Origin: Opitutales bacterium
GTDB taxonomy: Bacteria > Verrucomicrobiota > Verrucomicrobiia > Opitutales > UBA2987
Direction of reading: 5' to 3'
Assembly (NCBI GenBank): GCA_965226885.1
Contig: CBDDEL010000016.1
Span: 352,001-416,000 of the forward strand
DNA length: 64,000 nt
Positions 20,560 to 32,300 of this stretch are shown one piece after another (the stretch's first letter is position 1; the number at the start of each line of letters is the position of its first letter). A model generated the notes under the pieces. That model did no database searches, had not been told where the DNA came from, and worked only from the letters and a program-made list of their open reading frames with translations. The position numbers and the translations under genes are program-made.

Positions 20560-23078
20560 TGTAAACGCCGGGGAAAAACCGGTACGGTAAAGAGGGCGCT
20601 TTAAAACCGGTACGCTTATCCTAGAAAGGAGGAGTGTATCGAGATATGAAGCAATGGACAAGAGTGCGGCACAAAGTGCTGCGGGACAAGCAGAGCAAGC
20701 GCTCTGTAATGCGAGAAGAGGGACTGCACTGGGAGACCCTGGGAAAGATGCTGGCCTATTCCCAGCCGCCGGGATACCGGCGCAAGAAGAGGCGAGAGCG
20801 CAAGATCGATCCGTATGTGGGCTGGATCGAGGAGGTGCTCAAAGCGGACCGGAACGTGCCCAAGAAGCAGCGCCATACGGCCAAACGGATCTACCAGCGT
20901 TTGGGTCGGGAGAAGGGCTACCAAGGGGGCTACACGGCGGTCAAGGAGGTGGTGGCCGAGCTGCGAGCGAGGCGGCGGGAAGTGTTCGTGCCGCTGGAGC
21001 ACCGCCCCGGGGAGGGACAGGTGGACTTCGGTCATGCCCTGGTGAAGGAGGCGGGGCAATTGCGTAGGCGGCCATTTTCTGCCATGAGCCTGCCCTACAG
21101 CGATGCCTTTTTCGTGCAGGTGTTCGAACGGGAGTGCACGGAGAGCTTCTGGGAGGGGCACCTGCGAGCTTTTGAGTTTTTCGGGGCGGTGCCCCGGCGC
21201 ATCAGCTACGACAACTCGAAGGTGGCGGTGGGTAAGATTATCGGTTCGCGTGAACGCAAGCTGACCGACGGGTTTCTGCAGCTACAGAGCCATTACCTGT
21301 TCGAGGAACACTTCTGTCTGCCCGCCCGGCCCAACGCGAAGGGCGTGGTCGAGGGGATCGTGCGTTATGCCCGGGCCAACTTCCTGGTACCGGTACCGCA
21401 GGTTCGGGACCTGGAGGAACTCAACGCAAAGCTGTTGGAGGCATGTGAGCGGGACATGGAGCGTAAATTACGCGGGAAAAGGGCGGTGAAAAAGGAACTG
21501 CTGGCCGAGGAGCGCGCCGTCATGCTGCCGTTGCCGCCCATACCCTTTGAAGCGAGCCGCAAACGCTCGACCTGCGTCAGCAGCCTCTCGCTGGTGCGCT
21601 TCGAGTGCAACGACTATTCGGTGCCGGTGCGCTGCGCCCACCATCCGGTGGTGGTGGAAGGGTCCTGTCGGCAGGTGGTGATCTTCTGTGGGGGCCAAGA
21701 GGTGGCCCGGCACCGCCGCATTTGGGATAAAGAGCAAGTCTCTTTCGAGCCGGTGCACTACCTGGCTTTGCTGGAGAAAAAACCGGGCGCTTTGGACTTC
21801 GCCCGCCCACTCTCGGGCTGGCAGTTGCCGCAGTGCCTGCAGGTCCTCAGACGCCGGCTCGAAAGCCAATGCGGGGGCGAAGGCACCCGGGAGTATATCC
21901 GGGTGCTGCGGCTGTTGGAGAAACACCCCATGGCGGCCTTGCAGCAGGCCGTCGTCTCGGCCCTGCGGGTGGGGGGACTGACTCGTGAGGCCATCGCCCA
22001 GTATCTCTATCCTCAGGAAGACTACGGGAGCAGAACCTTCCGGCTGGGGACGGCCATCCACACCTGCGTCACGTCCGTGTGGCCGCCCCTGACCTCGGTG
22101 CCTACAGCGAACTGCTCAAGATTCCAGGAGGGGCTTTATGAAGGAAGAAAAAAACCAGCTGCTGTTACACCATCACCTCAAGAAACTGAAGTTGCCCACC
22201 ATCCTGCGCGAATGGCCGGCGGTGGCCGCGGCTTGTTCCCGGGACCGGCTCGATTACGCCGCCTTTTTGTTGCATCTGGTCGAACGGGAGCTCATTGAAC
22301 GCGAACAGCGGGCCGCCCAGCGGCGGATCAAAAACGCCCGTTTCCCCGTGCTCAAGACCCTCGAGAGCTTCGCCTTTGAAGCGCAGCCCTCGATCAACGA
22401 AGCGCTCATCCGAGAGCTCATGCGCGGGGAGTATGTCGACCAGCGCGAAAACGTGCTGCTCCTCGGTAACGCCGGTACCGGTAAAACGCACCTGGCCACC
22501 GCCCTGGGCTTTGCCGCCTGTGCCCAGGGCCGGCGGATCCGTTTCTTCGGGGTCACCGCCCTGGTTACCCATATGCTCGAGCAACGCGACAACCACGACC
22601 TGCAGCGCTTCATGAAGCAACTCGAAAGGCTCGACCTACTCATCCTCGACGAACTCGGTTACGTCCCTTTTTCCAAGACCGGTTCCGAACTGCTCTTCGA
22701 CGTGGTCAGCCGCGCTTACGAGCGCACCAGTCTCATCGTCACCACCAACCTGCCCTTTGAGAACTGGATCGAAGTGCTCGGTTCCGAACGGCTCACCGGA
22801 GCTCTGCTGGACCGACTCACCCATCGGGTGCATATCCTCGAAGCCAACGGGCAAAGCTACCGCTTGCGCGATGCTCGACGCCGTCGCCGTGGCACAAAAC
22901 AATAAACGCCTTGGGCCCGGCTCGTCGGCCTCCGGCCTCCTCACCGACCCCAAGCCAATCCCCAAAACCAACTCCCAAACCCTAAACCTTGACGTACCTG
23001 CAATTACTAACCTAAACCTTATTCCAAGCGTACCGGTTTTACCCCGACCCCCGTACCGGTTTCATCCCGGCGTTTACA
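20560..23078 (+). mobile_element. IS21-family element, copy 2 (istA 20634-, with +2 G frameshift near 22047; istB 22138-22905 intact)
   Basis: TSD TTTCTG; near-identical to copy 1; GGGG at 22046-22049 versus GG in copy 1. Confidence 0.95.
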
Positions 23079-23353
23079 TTTCTGTCTTCATTATGCCCTC
23101 GCCCCTGATTTTGGCATGGGTCAAAGGTGTTAGAGCGAGGAATATCCCGCAGAATAAGAGTCCGGGAAAAAGATGATTTTTTTGCTTCATGAACATTTAA
23201 TACCCGATAAAATACAAAAAGGTTACAAAGTATTTAATCGAACCGTAAATACTCCCCCATGAAACAGAGAAATCCGATTCATATTCGAGAACACCGCACG
23301 GCCAATGACAAAAGCAGTCTTTTAATCATTAACAATAAAGACTCAGTAAATCC

Positions 23354-26143
23354 CTACTCAACCGGCAACCCCGCCGGGACGCTGAAGAGGCTGCCGTCGT
23401 CAGACCTTTGAAAATATCGCCTTTCCGGGGTGTTGTCGGGGAAGGTAAAAATCCAACCTGAGTTATCCCCAAACAAAAACTCCCACCGGTAGGTATTTTC
23501 ATTAATAAACAACCAATCACCGAGGCCTAAATCCCAAACGAATATAACTTCCTCTGTGCTCCCGGAGTCGACAAACTGCCAGCCGTGTTCGTCGTGGTAG
23601 ACCCAGGGCCAAGAATCGACGTTGTAATTCATATACCACGAAGAGGATCGCCAACCGGGAAAGCCATTGATGGGTTGCCCCTGGAAAATGTTCAGGTTTT
23701 GCGGCGCGAAATCAACCGTGAGCCCGTCGATGGCATCAAGAGAGTCGATATTCTGTCGCTGCGCCGAACCGGGAGTCACATTGATGAAATTATTCTTCAA
23801 TCGCAGCCCCGCGCCGAAACTGCCATCCCGAAGATTGATCAATCCCGCCAAAGCACTGATATCGCTGATCTGGTTGTTGTCGAGATTTAGAAATGTCAGG
23901 TTGGTGAGCCCACTCAAAGAGCTGATATCGCTGATCTGGTTGCTGCCGAGGACTAGAATTGTCAGGCTGGTAAGCCCGCTCAGAACGCTGATATCGCTGA
24001 TCTGATTGGAAAAAAGGTTCAGGAGGGTCAAATTCACGGCTGTCTCCAGGCCACTAAGATCTGCGATATTTAAAAAAGTGGCTGTCAGAGAGGTCAGGTT
24101 AGCCAGGTCCGACGAGTTTAGAACGCCTGTGGGTACCCCCAGAGTGTTTCGGATGACCGACTCTAAACCACTATCCGGTATGCTTATACTAAATAAATTT
24201 TGAGGCTCAAACTCAACCGTGAGCCCATCAATGGCATCGAGAGCGTCGATGATTTGCCGCTGCGCCGAGCCGGGAGCCACATCGATGAGATTATTCTGCA
24301 GTCGCAGCCCCGCGCCGAAACTGCCATCCCGAAGATTGATCAATCCCGCCAAAGCGCGAATATCGCTGATCTGGTTTTCTTCAACATTCAGACTAGTCAA
24401 TACCGTCAAACCACTCAAGAGGCTTAGGTCGTTAATCTGATTAAAGGACAAATCAAGATCGGTCAGATTCACGGCGGCCTCCAGGCCGCTAATATCGTTA
24501 ATATCGAGTTCCGCGGCAGTAAGGAAAGTCAGGCTGGCCAGATCCGCTTCCGTCAAGTCGTCGCCGGGTTTGCCCAGGGTATCGCGGATGGCTGATTCCA
24601 AGGCGTTGTCGGGTATATCGACCAGGTAGGCGGAGGTGTCTCTTTGAGCATAATCGAAGTAACGCTTGCCATCTACCACGGACTCACTCAATTCAATGAA
24701 GAATTCTCCCGCTTCAGCCTGATAAAACTGTGTTTCCACCACTACAGTTTCGGGATCAGGTCCTCCAACCAGCGCTTCAAGCAAGATCCGGCCCTCCAAC
24801 GTCGCAGGTGGCTCGACCTCCTCAAGATAGTAAGCAGTGGCGGCAATATCCACATTCCCCGAAGGCGCCTGGATTTTCAACCCTTCTTTAATGTCGGGAC
24901 CCGATAAAAACAACTTGATGTGTATGTCGAATGGACTGGCCGAGCCATGCCCCCAACCGCTGCGCCAGGAGACATGTCCGCGGAATCCGTGCTCATTCGA
25001 CAAGTCGTTCCAATGCGGTGATACAAGCAAGTCGGCGGCCCTGTCGTGATCCCAATGAATAGCATAAAATGAAAAGGTGCCCGGAAAGATTCCGAGCATC
25101 TCGCCGGGGCTTGCCGCCCTTGCAAAAATGGCCCCGACAGTGGGTTCCGATTGAAGCGCCGTCACGATGGATTGAGCCAGCTCATCACTGTAGCTCTTCA
25201 GATAGATGGCCATGTTGTTGACCAGGACAACGTCGTCACTGAAGCCGTGCTTTGCCAACAGATCCCCCAACCTTCCTTCATTATCGCGAGTGGAAAAGCC
25301 GTGGTCAGCGGTGACGATGATATTAATGCTATCCTCCAAACCCATCTCTTTGTGCCGATCGAGAATCCGGCCAATTTCACCATCCAGTTGCCCCAGTGCT
25401 TGATCCGTTTGAGGAGCGCCGATCCCAAAGCGGTGAGCGGTGTGATCGGGATCGGTCAGCCACATAAATGTAAGGTCGGGCTCAATTTCATTGAGCCCGA
25501 GTTCAAGGTAGGCATTTACCGCCCAGGCATTCCGTAAAGTAGCCGGTCTTGAATCCCCCGGAACGGGCCCCAGTATTTCTAGAACATGCTCCATCATCGT
25601 CTCCGGATTAATCAGGCCGGTTCCAATCACCCCTCCCCCCAGTCCTTTGTGATTGAGCAAAAAGGAAGATCCACCGCTATCGGCCGAACTCACTGCCAGA
25701 ACCTTTTTCCCGGCCAGATGATATACTTCCCCGATTGAAGGCACCGTCAATAGATCGCCATTGGTAAATTCCTCGATCATCCTTAAATTCTCAACTGAGG
25801 AAGTCGTCAGCACCTCTTCAGTGATTTCCGGAAAATAGACTGAATTTGCCATCAATCCATGAGATGCCGGATAGGCTCCCGTTGAGATGGAAGAAGAATT
25901 CACCCGGGTAACAGTGGGATAAACCGAATGATGATTTTCGTAGACAACTCCCCCCTCACCAAGGGCAAAAAGATTCGGCATCAGCTCCGGAGTCACGTAA
26001 TCGGGCCGCAGCCCATCAAGGACGATGACCAGCACTCTGTTACCGGCTACTCCCTGTGATAGTGTGGTCAGGGCCAGGAAAAGGACCGAAATGGTTATTT
26101 GGCAGAATCGGATGAAATAATGGGGCTTAAAATTTGATGACAT
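23354..26143 (-). CDS. Secreted alkaline phosphatase/nucleotide pyrophosphatase-family protein with internalin-like LRRs and Trp-rich C-terminal domain
   Basis: Signal peptide; LDGLRPD, PTVTRVN, DPDHTAH and TADHG metal-site motifs; LxxLxLxxNQISDI repeats; ATG 26143 preferred because the longer ORF starts inside an IS. Confidence 0.85.
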   Translation of the reverse strand: MSSNFKPHYFIRFCQITISVLFLALTTLSQGVAGNRVLVIVLDGLRPDYVTPELMPNLFALGEGGVVYENHHSVYPTVTRVNSSSISTGAYPASHGLMANSVYFPEITEEVLTTSSVENLRMIEEFTNGDLLTVPSIGEVYHLAGKKVLAVSSADSGGSSFLLNHKGLGGGVIGTGLINPETMMEHVLEILGPVPGDSRPATLRNAWAVNAYLELGLNEIEPDLTFMWLTDPDHTAHRFGIGAPQTDQALGQLDGEIGRILDRHKEMGLEDSINIIVTADHGFSTRDNEGRLGDLLAKHGFSDDVVLVNNMAIYLKSYSDELAQSIVTALQSEPTVGAIFARAASPGEMLGIFPGTFSFYAIHWDHDRAADLLVSPHWNDLSNEHGFRGHVSWRSGWGHGSASPFDIHIKLFLSGPDIKEGLKIQAPSGNVDIAATAYYLEEVEPPATLEGRILLEALVGGPDPETVVVETQFYQAEAGEFFIELSESVVDGKRYFDYAQRDTSAYLVDIPDNALESAIRDTLGKPGDDLTEADLASLTFLTAAELDINDISGLEAAVNLTDLDLSFNQINDLSLLSGLTVLTSLNVEENQISDIRALAGLINLRDGSFGAGLRLQNNLIDVAPGSAQRQIIDALDAIDGLTVEFEPQNLFSISIPDSGLESVIRNTLGVPTGVLNSSDLANLTSLTATFLNIADLSGLETAVNLTLLNLFSNQISDISVLSGLTSLTILVLGSNQISDISSLSGLTNLTFLNLDNNQISDISALAGLINLRDGSFGAGLRLKNNFINVTPGSAQRQNIDSLDAIDGLTVDFAPQNLNIFQGQPINGFPGWRSSSWYMNYNVDSWPWVYHDEHGWQFVDSGSTEEVIFVWDLGLGDWLFINENTYRWEFLFGDNSGWIFTFPDNTPERRYFQRSDDGSLFSVPAGLPVE

Positions 26144-26238
26144 CGAAATTGCCCTTTCTTTGCTGGTTGACCCTGAACAGCCATTGGCCTGTTGGGGTAA
26201 ATTTGCGATACAGAGTGTGGATTTTTGAAGGTATATTA

Positions 26239-28075
26239 GAGGCTGTCCCAAAAATATAAAGATTTTATAGTCAACTGGATGACGTTGATAAAAAGAGCCG
26301 GAAAGAGCAAGTTTTTGCTCGATCCGGCCAAAAAAGGGTTCTATAATTGAGTTAGCGAAAATCAATATAGCCCTTTCTATGCCCTTTCTATGAAAAATAT
26401 AGCCATCCAATGCCTCCTGCGTCCAGCTTTAACTGTGGTCGACCGGTGCCTCGATTACGATAACTTCCGCGCCACCATTGATCGAATCGATCGGCTGCTG
26501 ATCGACTCGGAGGTGGAATCGCAGGCCATTGAGCTGGCCTTGGAGGGGTGGCCGCCAATGGGTCTAAAGGCCCGGCGGCAGCGGGCCAGTTTTGCCATCA
26601 AGGCACTGCGCATGGATACGCTGGGCCGTCTGCTCGGAGGGATTTCGTTTCGGCATTTGTCGCGGGCTCTGGGCAGCAGCGATCTGTTGGCCGACTTTTG
26701 CCGTGTCCGGCAGATCGATGGCATCAGGGGCATCTCCAAAAGCACCCTGGAGCGGGCCTCGAAGTTTTTCAGCGAAGAGCAGTTGAGGGCCTTGCACCGG
26801 ACCTTGACTGAGGTGGTGGGCGATGCCCTTCTGGGCCGGCAGGTGGGATTGGACAAGCCGATTGACACCACCATTTGCCTGATCGACGGCACCTGTTTGG
26901 AGGCTAACATTCATTGGCCGACGGACTGGGTATTACTCAAGGATGTAGCCGGCACGTTGCTCAAAGCGATCCGGCTGATCCGCGAGAAGGCCGGTTTGCG
27001 CCATCGCATGCCGATCGAACCGGAGCCCTTGGCTCGGCAGATGAATCGGCTGTGCATACAGATGACCCACAGCCGGCGGCGAAAGGACAGCGCGCGGCAG
27101 CGCAAGGGTATCTTGAGGCAGATGAAAAAGCTGCTCAAACGGATCGGGGAGCATGCCCGCAGTCACCGGGAATTATTGCAAGCCTGCTGGGAGCAAAGCG
27201 ATTACAGCGAAAAACAGGTCCAACAGATCCTCGCCCGGATGGAGCGCATGAGCGAGCAAATCCCGGTGGTCATCAAACAGGCGCACGAGCGGATCATTGG
27301 CGGCCGGCAGGTGAAAAACGCAGAGAAAGTCTTGAGTGTTTACGAACTCGATGGGCAGGTGATTGTGCGAGGTAAAGCGGGCCAAGAGGTCGAGTTCGGC
27401 AACACCCTGTTTTTGGGAGAAAGCGTTGAAGGGTACCTGCTGGACTGGAAACTCTACGGCAGCCGAACTCCAAGCGAAAATGAACAAATGCAAGAGAGTT
27501 TGCAAAGACAGAACCGCTTCAACCTGGAAGAACCCATAGCGGCCATGTGCGCGGACCGGGGATTTGCCTCCCAGCGGGCCCGCCGGCAGTTAGCCCAGGA
27601 GGGAATCTACGACGCGCTCTGTCCACGCGATCCGAAGCAGTTGAAAAAACGGATGGAGGAACCACTGTTCAGACAATTGCAAAAGCGCCGGGCCAGCACC
27701 GAAGGGCGGATCGGGGGGATCGGGGTATTGAAGAATCGCTGGCAGGCCGGGCGGTTGCGCAGCAAAGGCTTTGCCAACCGCTCGATCAGCGTAGCCTGGT
27801 CGGTACTCTCGCACAACCTATGGAAAGTAGCCAAGATGCTGGCCCAGCAAGACGAACTAAAAACCAAAGCGGCGGCCTAGAGAGCGGAAAAGCAAGGACA
27901 ATACTTTTTCACAGCCTTACTGTCGGCTCATACAAAGAAAACCAGGCAACCGGACCCCAAAACCAGTATCCTAACGTCATAGGAGAGCAAAGTTGATACT
28001 CTCCCAAATGCAAATACCTCTAAAATGAGCGCCTATCAAAAGCCCTCGCAAAAATCACCCTTTTGGGACAGCCTC
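26239..28075 (+). mobile_element. ISNCY (ISDol1-like)/IS5-like element; transposase 26390-27880
   Basis: 15-bp IRs GAGGCTGTCCCAAAA, 7-bp TSD TATATTA; IDGT, NIHWPTD, GKAGQEVEFG, ADRGF and RASTEGRI motifs. Family assignment is tentative. Confidence 0.8.
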
Positions 28076-28133
28076 TATATTATGGACATTGGAATTGCCT
28101 TCAAGGTATATTATGGACATTGGAATTGCCTTC
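28076..28133 (+). repeat. 31-bp tandem duplication (first unit interrupted by the IS)
   Basis: AAGGTATATTATGGACATTGGAATTGCCTTC twice after IS removal. Confidence 0.9.
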
Positions 28134-30519
28134 TATTGGATAGTTTTGCTGGAAAGTACAATTATTCAGGATTGTCCTTGGTTAATGGTATTGGCCAGAA
28201 GTTCCAATCAATGGCACTCAGCCGGGCAACCACATTCCCCAATGTCAGGCAGCATCCAGGCTGGAATGTATAGATGATTGGCATGAATAGGGGAAGTAAC
28301 CGGAAATGGCATAACCGTCAAATGAAATTTTGCGATTGGGAAACCTTCACCTGGAATATTAAGCAAAAAAATAGGATCAGTCTGGAGGCCCAAAAATCCG
28401 ATTTCCTATTCAAGTATACCGGGAAATCACTAAAAAGAAGCCGTCTTTAATATTAAAGACTCAGTAAATCCCTACTCAACCGGCAACCCCTCCGGAACGC
28501 TGAAGAGGCTGCCATCATCAGACCTTTGAAAAAATCGCCTTTCCGGGGTGTTGTCGGGGAAGGTAAAAATCCAGCCTGGATTATCCCCGAATAAGAACAT
28601 CCAACGGTAGGTGCTCTCATCCAGAAAGATCCATTCCGCCAAACCCAAATCCCATAGGAAGAATATCTCTTGCGGGTTCTCCCCGGAAACAAATTGCCAG
28701 CCGTGCTCATCGTGGAAAATCCAGGGCATAAAATCCACGTTGTAATTGAGATACCAGGGGGAGGCCTGCCAACCGGGGAATCCAGGTATGTCCTCGCCGC
28801 AAAACACGTCCTCACATAATGGCGGGCCGAAAGTGGCCAGGAAGGATTGCTCCACGGGGAGCGCGGGGAGGTAGTTTTCGCTGCCCTCCTGATTGGCCTC
28901 AATGTTGATTTGCCCCTCGCCGCTGAGCGTTACCGTTGAGCCTACAATCGCCGCAATGGTCGCTCCTTCAACCACCGTAAATGAAACCGGCAGGCCGCTG
29001 CTTGACACCGCAAAAATTGGCAATGGGGAATCCGCCACAGATGAATTCCCAATGGGATTGAAAGTGATGATCTGGTCGGCCATGCCGATGGCGAAGCTCC
29101 GGTCCACCGGCGGGGCGGGGTTGAAATTTCTGTTGCCAGCCTGTCCGGCGCGGATGGTGACGCTGCCGACGCCTGAAATCGTAACCGTATTTTCGTTGAT
29201 GTCTATCAACTCCGCACCCACCAAAACAGAATAAGAGACCGACAGGCCACTGTTTGCCGAGGCGCTCAGAGAGTAAGACGGATCGTCAAATACTTTGTTC
29301 TCAAGGGCGTTGAAAGTAATTATTTGGTCGCCCTTGATGGTGGTCAAGTCTGCTACCCATGCTTCCTTTTGGCCACCCGGATTGGTTCCCCATCCGGCGA
29401 TTTTCAATCCATCCTCAGATACGGCGCTGGCCTGGATTAAGGTCCAGCCGGTCAAGTCCAGTCCCAATTCAATTTCCAAAACCGACTTTAGAGCGCTCAT
29501 CCCCACCCCGGCGTCCCAAATATAAGCCTCCAGCGCATCTTCGCCCGAAGCCGGTGTGCTCCAACCGACAATTACCGAACCGTCCGCGGAAACACCCAAG
29601 GCTTCACTAAAGTATCCGCCCCCGGCCAAATCACCCAAGCCTGTCATCCCGCCTGCCTCGGTCCATCGAAATGCCTCGATTCCCGATGCCGATTCGCTCC
29701 GGCCCACCACGATCGACCCATCGGAAGAAACACCATTGGCCAGGCTGAAAAAACTGCCCCCGGCCAAATCTCCCAAGCCTGCCATTCCGCCTGCCTCGGT
29801 CCATAGGAACGCCTCCATTCCCGATTCCGATTCGCTTCGGCCCACCACAACCGACCCGTCCGAAGAAACGCCCCGAGCTAAACTGAAAAAACTGCCGCCG
29901 GTCAAATCTCCAAGACCCACCATCCCACCTGCCTGCGTCCAGCGAAACGCTTCCAAACCGGCAATGGTCACACTTAACCCCGCCACGACCGTCTCTTCTG
30001 CGGAACCGCTGCCCCCGGAAAACCTGCCCCCCGCCTGGGTCCACCGAAACGTTTCAATGGCTGCAGGTGCATCGCTCGCGCTTCCCCCCACAATGACCGA
30101 TCCATCGGAGGAGACTCCCGTCGCTTCGCTCTTGAAAACGCCACCCGCGAGGTCTCCCAAACCGGTTAAACCGCCGGCCTCGGTCCAGCGGAAAGCTTCA
30201 CCTCCGGAGATCGAAAGGCCTTCACCCACAACCACCGACCCATCCCCGGAAACACCCCTGGCCACACTCTTGAAATCACCGCCGCTAAGGTCACCCAAAC
30301 CTGTCAATCCGCCTGTTTCGGTCCAGCGAAACCCTTCCATCCCCAAGGCTGATTCACTTTTACCCACAACCACCGACCCGTCCGCGGCAATCCCCACGGC
30401 TTCACTGCTCAAATCGCCCCCTGAGAGATCCCCGAGGCCCTCAAAACTGGCTCCCAACAAAAAGGAAGGCATTGCCACCATGATGTGCACTGGAAAAAGT
30501 GGACACGAGATTCTCCTAA

Positions 30520-32086
30520 CCCGGATATTTCGTAAAAAAAGTATCGTTGATATGCTTAACTGCTGATATACAGCAGGATAGATCAATAATTAAAGCAATA
30601 TCAGCGATGACAAAAGGTAAACAATTAAAGCTACAGTTGACAAGGGTAAAAGGCCGCCGTGTGCGGGTTGATTTCAAGGGCGGAGAGGTTACTTCGGATG
30701 CCGGACTGCTTTTGATCCGGGAAGTGGATCGGCAGTTGGGCTTGACCGAACGAGCGGCCCGACAGTTAGTGGACAAACGGCAGAAGGGCAAAGTACGCCA
30801 TGAGGTCTTGGGGATGCTGCGGCAGCGCGTTTACGGGCTGGTGGCGGGCTATGAGGATTTGAACGACTTTGATACCCTGCGCCACGATCCATTGTTGCAA
30901 ACGGTAACGGGGCGCATTGAAACGTTGGCCAGCGCGCCGACTTTGTGTCGTTTTGAAAACGGGCAGGATCGGCGGGCGGCCTTTGCGGTAAACGAGCTGT
31001 TGGTCGAACAGTTCATGGGCTCCTTTGCCGAGGAACCCGAAGAGATCATCCTGGACTTTGACGGCACCGACAATCCGGTGCACGGGCTCCAGGAGGGACG
31101 TTTTTTCCACGGTTATTATGATCATTACTGTTTTCTGCCGCTATATGTTTTTTGCGGTGATCAGCTGCTGGTGGCCTACCTGCGGCCGAGCAAGTTCGAT
31201 GCCAGCAAGCATGCCGGGGCCATCCTCAAATTGCTGGTTAAACGGATTCGCCAAAGCTGGCCCCGTACGCGGATTATTTGGCGCGCCGACAGTGGATTTT
31301 GTCGAGACCGGATACTCTCTTGGTGCGACCGCAACGAAGTTAGTTACATCGTGGGGATGGCTCGCAATGCACGCTTGCAGCAAGACGCCCAGCAGTTGCA
31401 AAAGCAGGCCAAAGAATGGTTCGAACTAAGGGGTAAAAAACAACGGTTATTCCAGGACTTCGTCTATGCTGCCGATTCGTGGCGATGGCTGCGGTTGGTC
31501 ATCCATAAAGCCGAACACACCGCACAGGGGTCCAACCCGCGCTTCGTGGTGACGAACCTGCCGGGCGATCCCCAGGAGCTTTACGACAAGGTATACTGTG
31601 GCCGCGGTGAAATGGAGAACCGAATCAAGGAACAGATGCAATTGTTCAGCGAGCGCACCAGCGCCCATCAATGGTGGGCCAATCAGTGGCGATTGCTCTT
31701 GTCGGCGCTGGCCTACACCTTGATGGAAGCCATGCGCCGGTTAGCCTTAAAAGGGACGAAGTGGGCGCGGGCCCAATGCCACACCCTGCGGCTCAAATTA
31801 ATCAAGATCGGAGCGGTCATCGTGCGCAACACCCGAACGATTCACTTTCACCTAAGTGAGAGTTATCCTTGGGCCAGTCTTTTCAACCATGCGGCCCGCC
31901 GATTGGTGCCAACCTAAAGGGTGCATTGGTGCTGCCCCCGGCACTACCGAACCAATGGGGGAAAGGGGGCAGTGTCTCTACACCCTGAAAAACACCTAAA
32001 AATCAAGACGATCTGCTCAAAATACAAAGAAATCCATCTCCAATAGCAATAACGAGCCAAACTTTACCCTTCATGAAATATCCGGG
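30520..32086 (+). mobile_element. IS1380-family element, copy 4 (intact transposase ORF ending 31917)
   Basis: TSD CTAA; 1567 bp; TSDAGLLL, ILDFD, RADSGF and RGEMENRIKE motifs. Confidence 0.95.
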
Positions 32087-32300
32087 CTAAATGGAGAATC
32101 GAAGCATGGGAAGAAGACGCTTTAGTATAGAGTTCAAAAATGAGGCAGTTCAACTGATGATACTCGATGGTCTGAGCGCCACCGAGGTATCGACCAAACT
32201 TGGGGTCAACACCAACCAATTGTATAGGTGGAAGAGGCTCTATCTGGACGATCAGCAGGGCGAAGCCACCTCAAAGCGACAGAGCAGTCCGAAGGAGATG

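Larger units (their letters stand above)
18815..23190 (-). pseudogene. Secreted DUF2807/head-GIN-domain (adhesin-like) protein split by IS21 and IS630
   Basis: Fragments rejoin in frame: MKQKNHLF..IRGEGIMKTE|TRSLEPFSEI..SGSADI|SYSGSA..; repeated ISGAG motifs and C-terminal YVGDP. Confidence 0.88.

Noticed and set aside
20634..22298. 554-aa IstA as a novel extended transposase
   Set aside because: Caused by a +2 G frameshift relative to copy 1; mutation or homopolymer error.
26144..26410. N-terminal 89 aa of the 1018-aa ORF
   Set aside because: Starts inside the IS end; the signal peptide follows ATG 26143.
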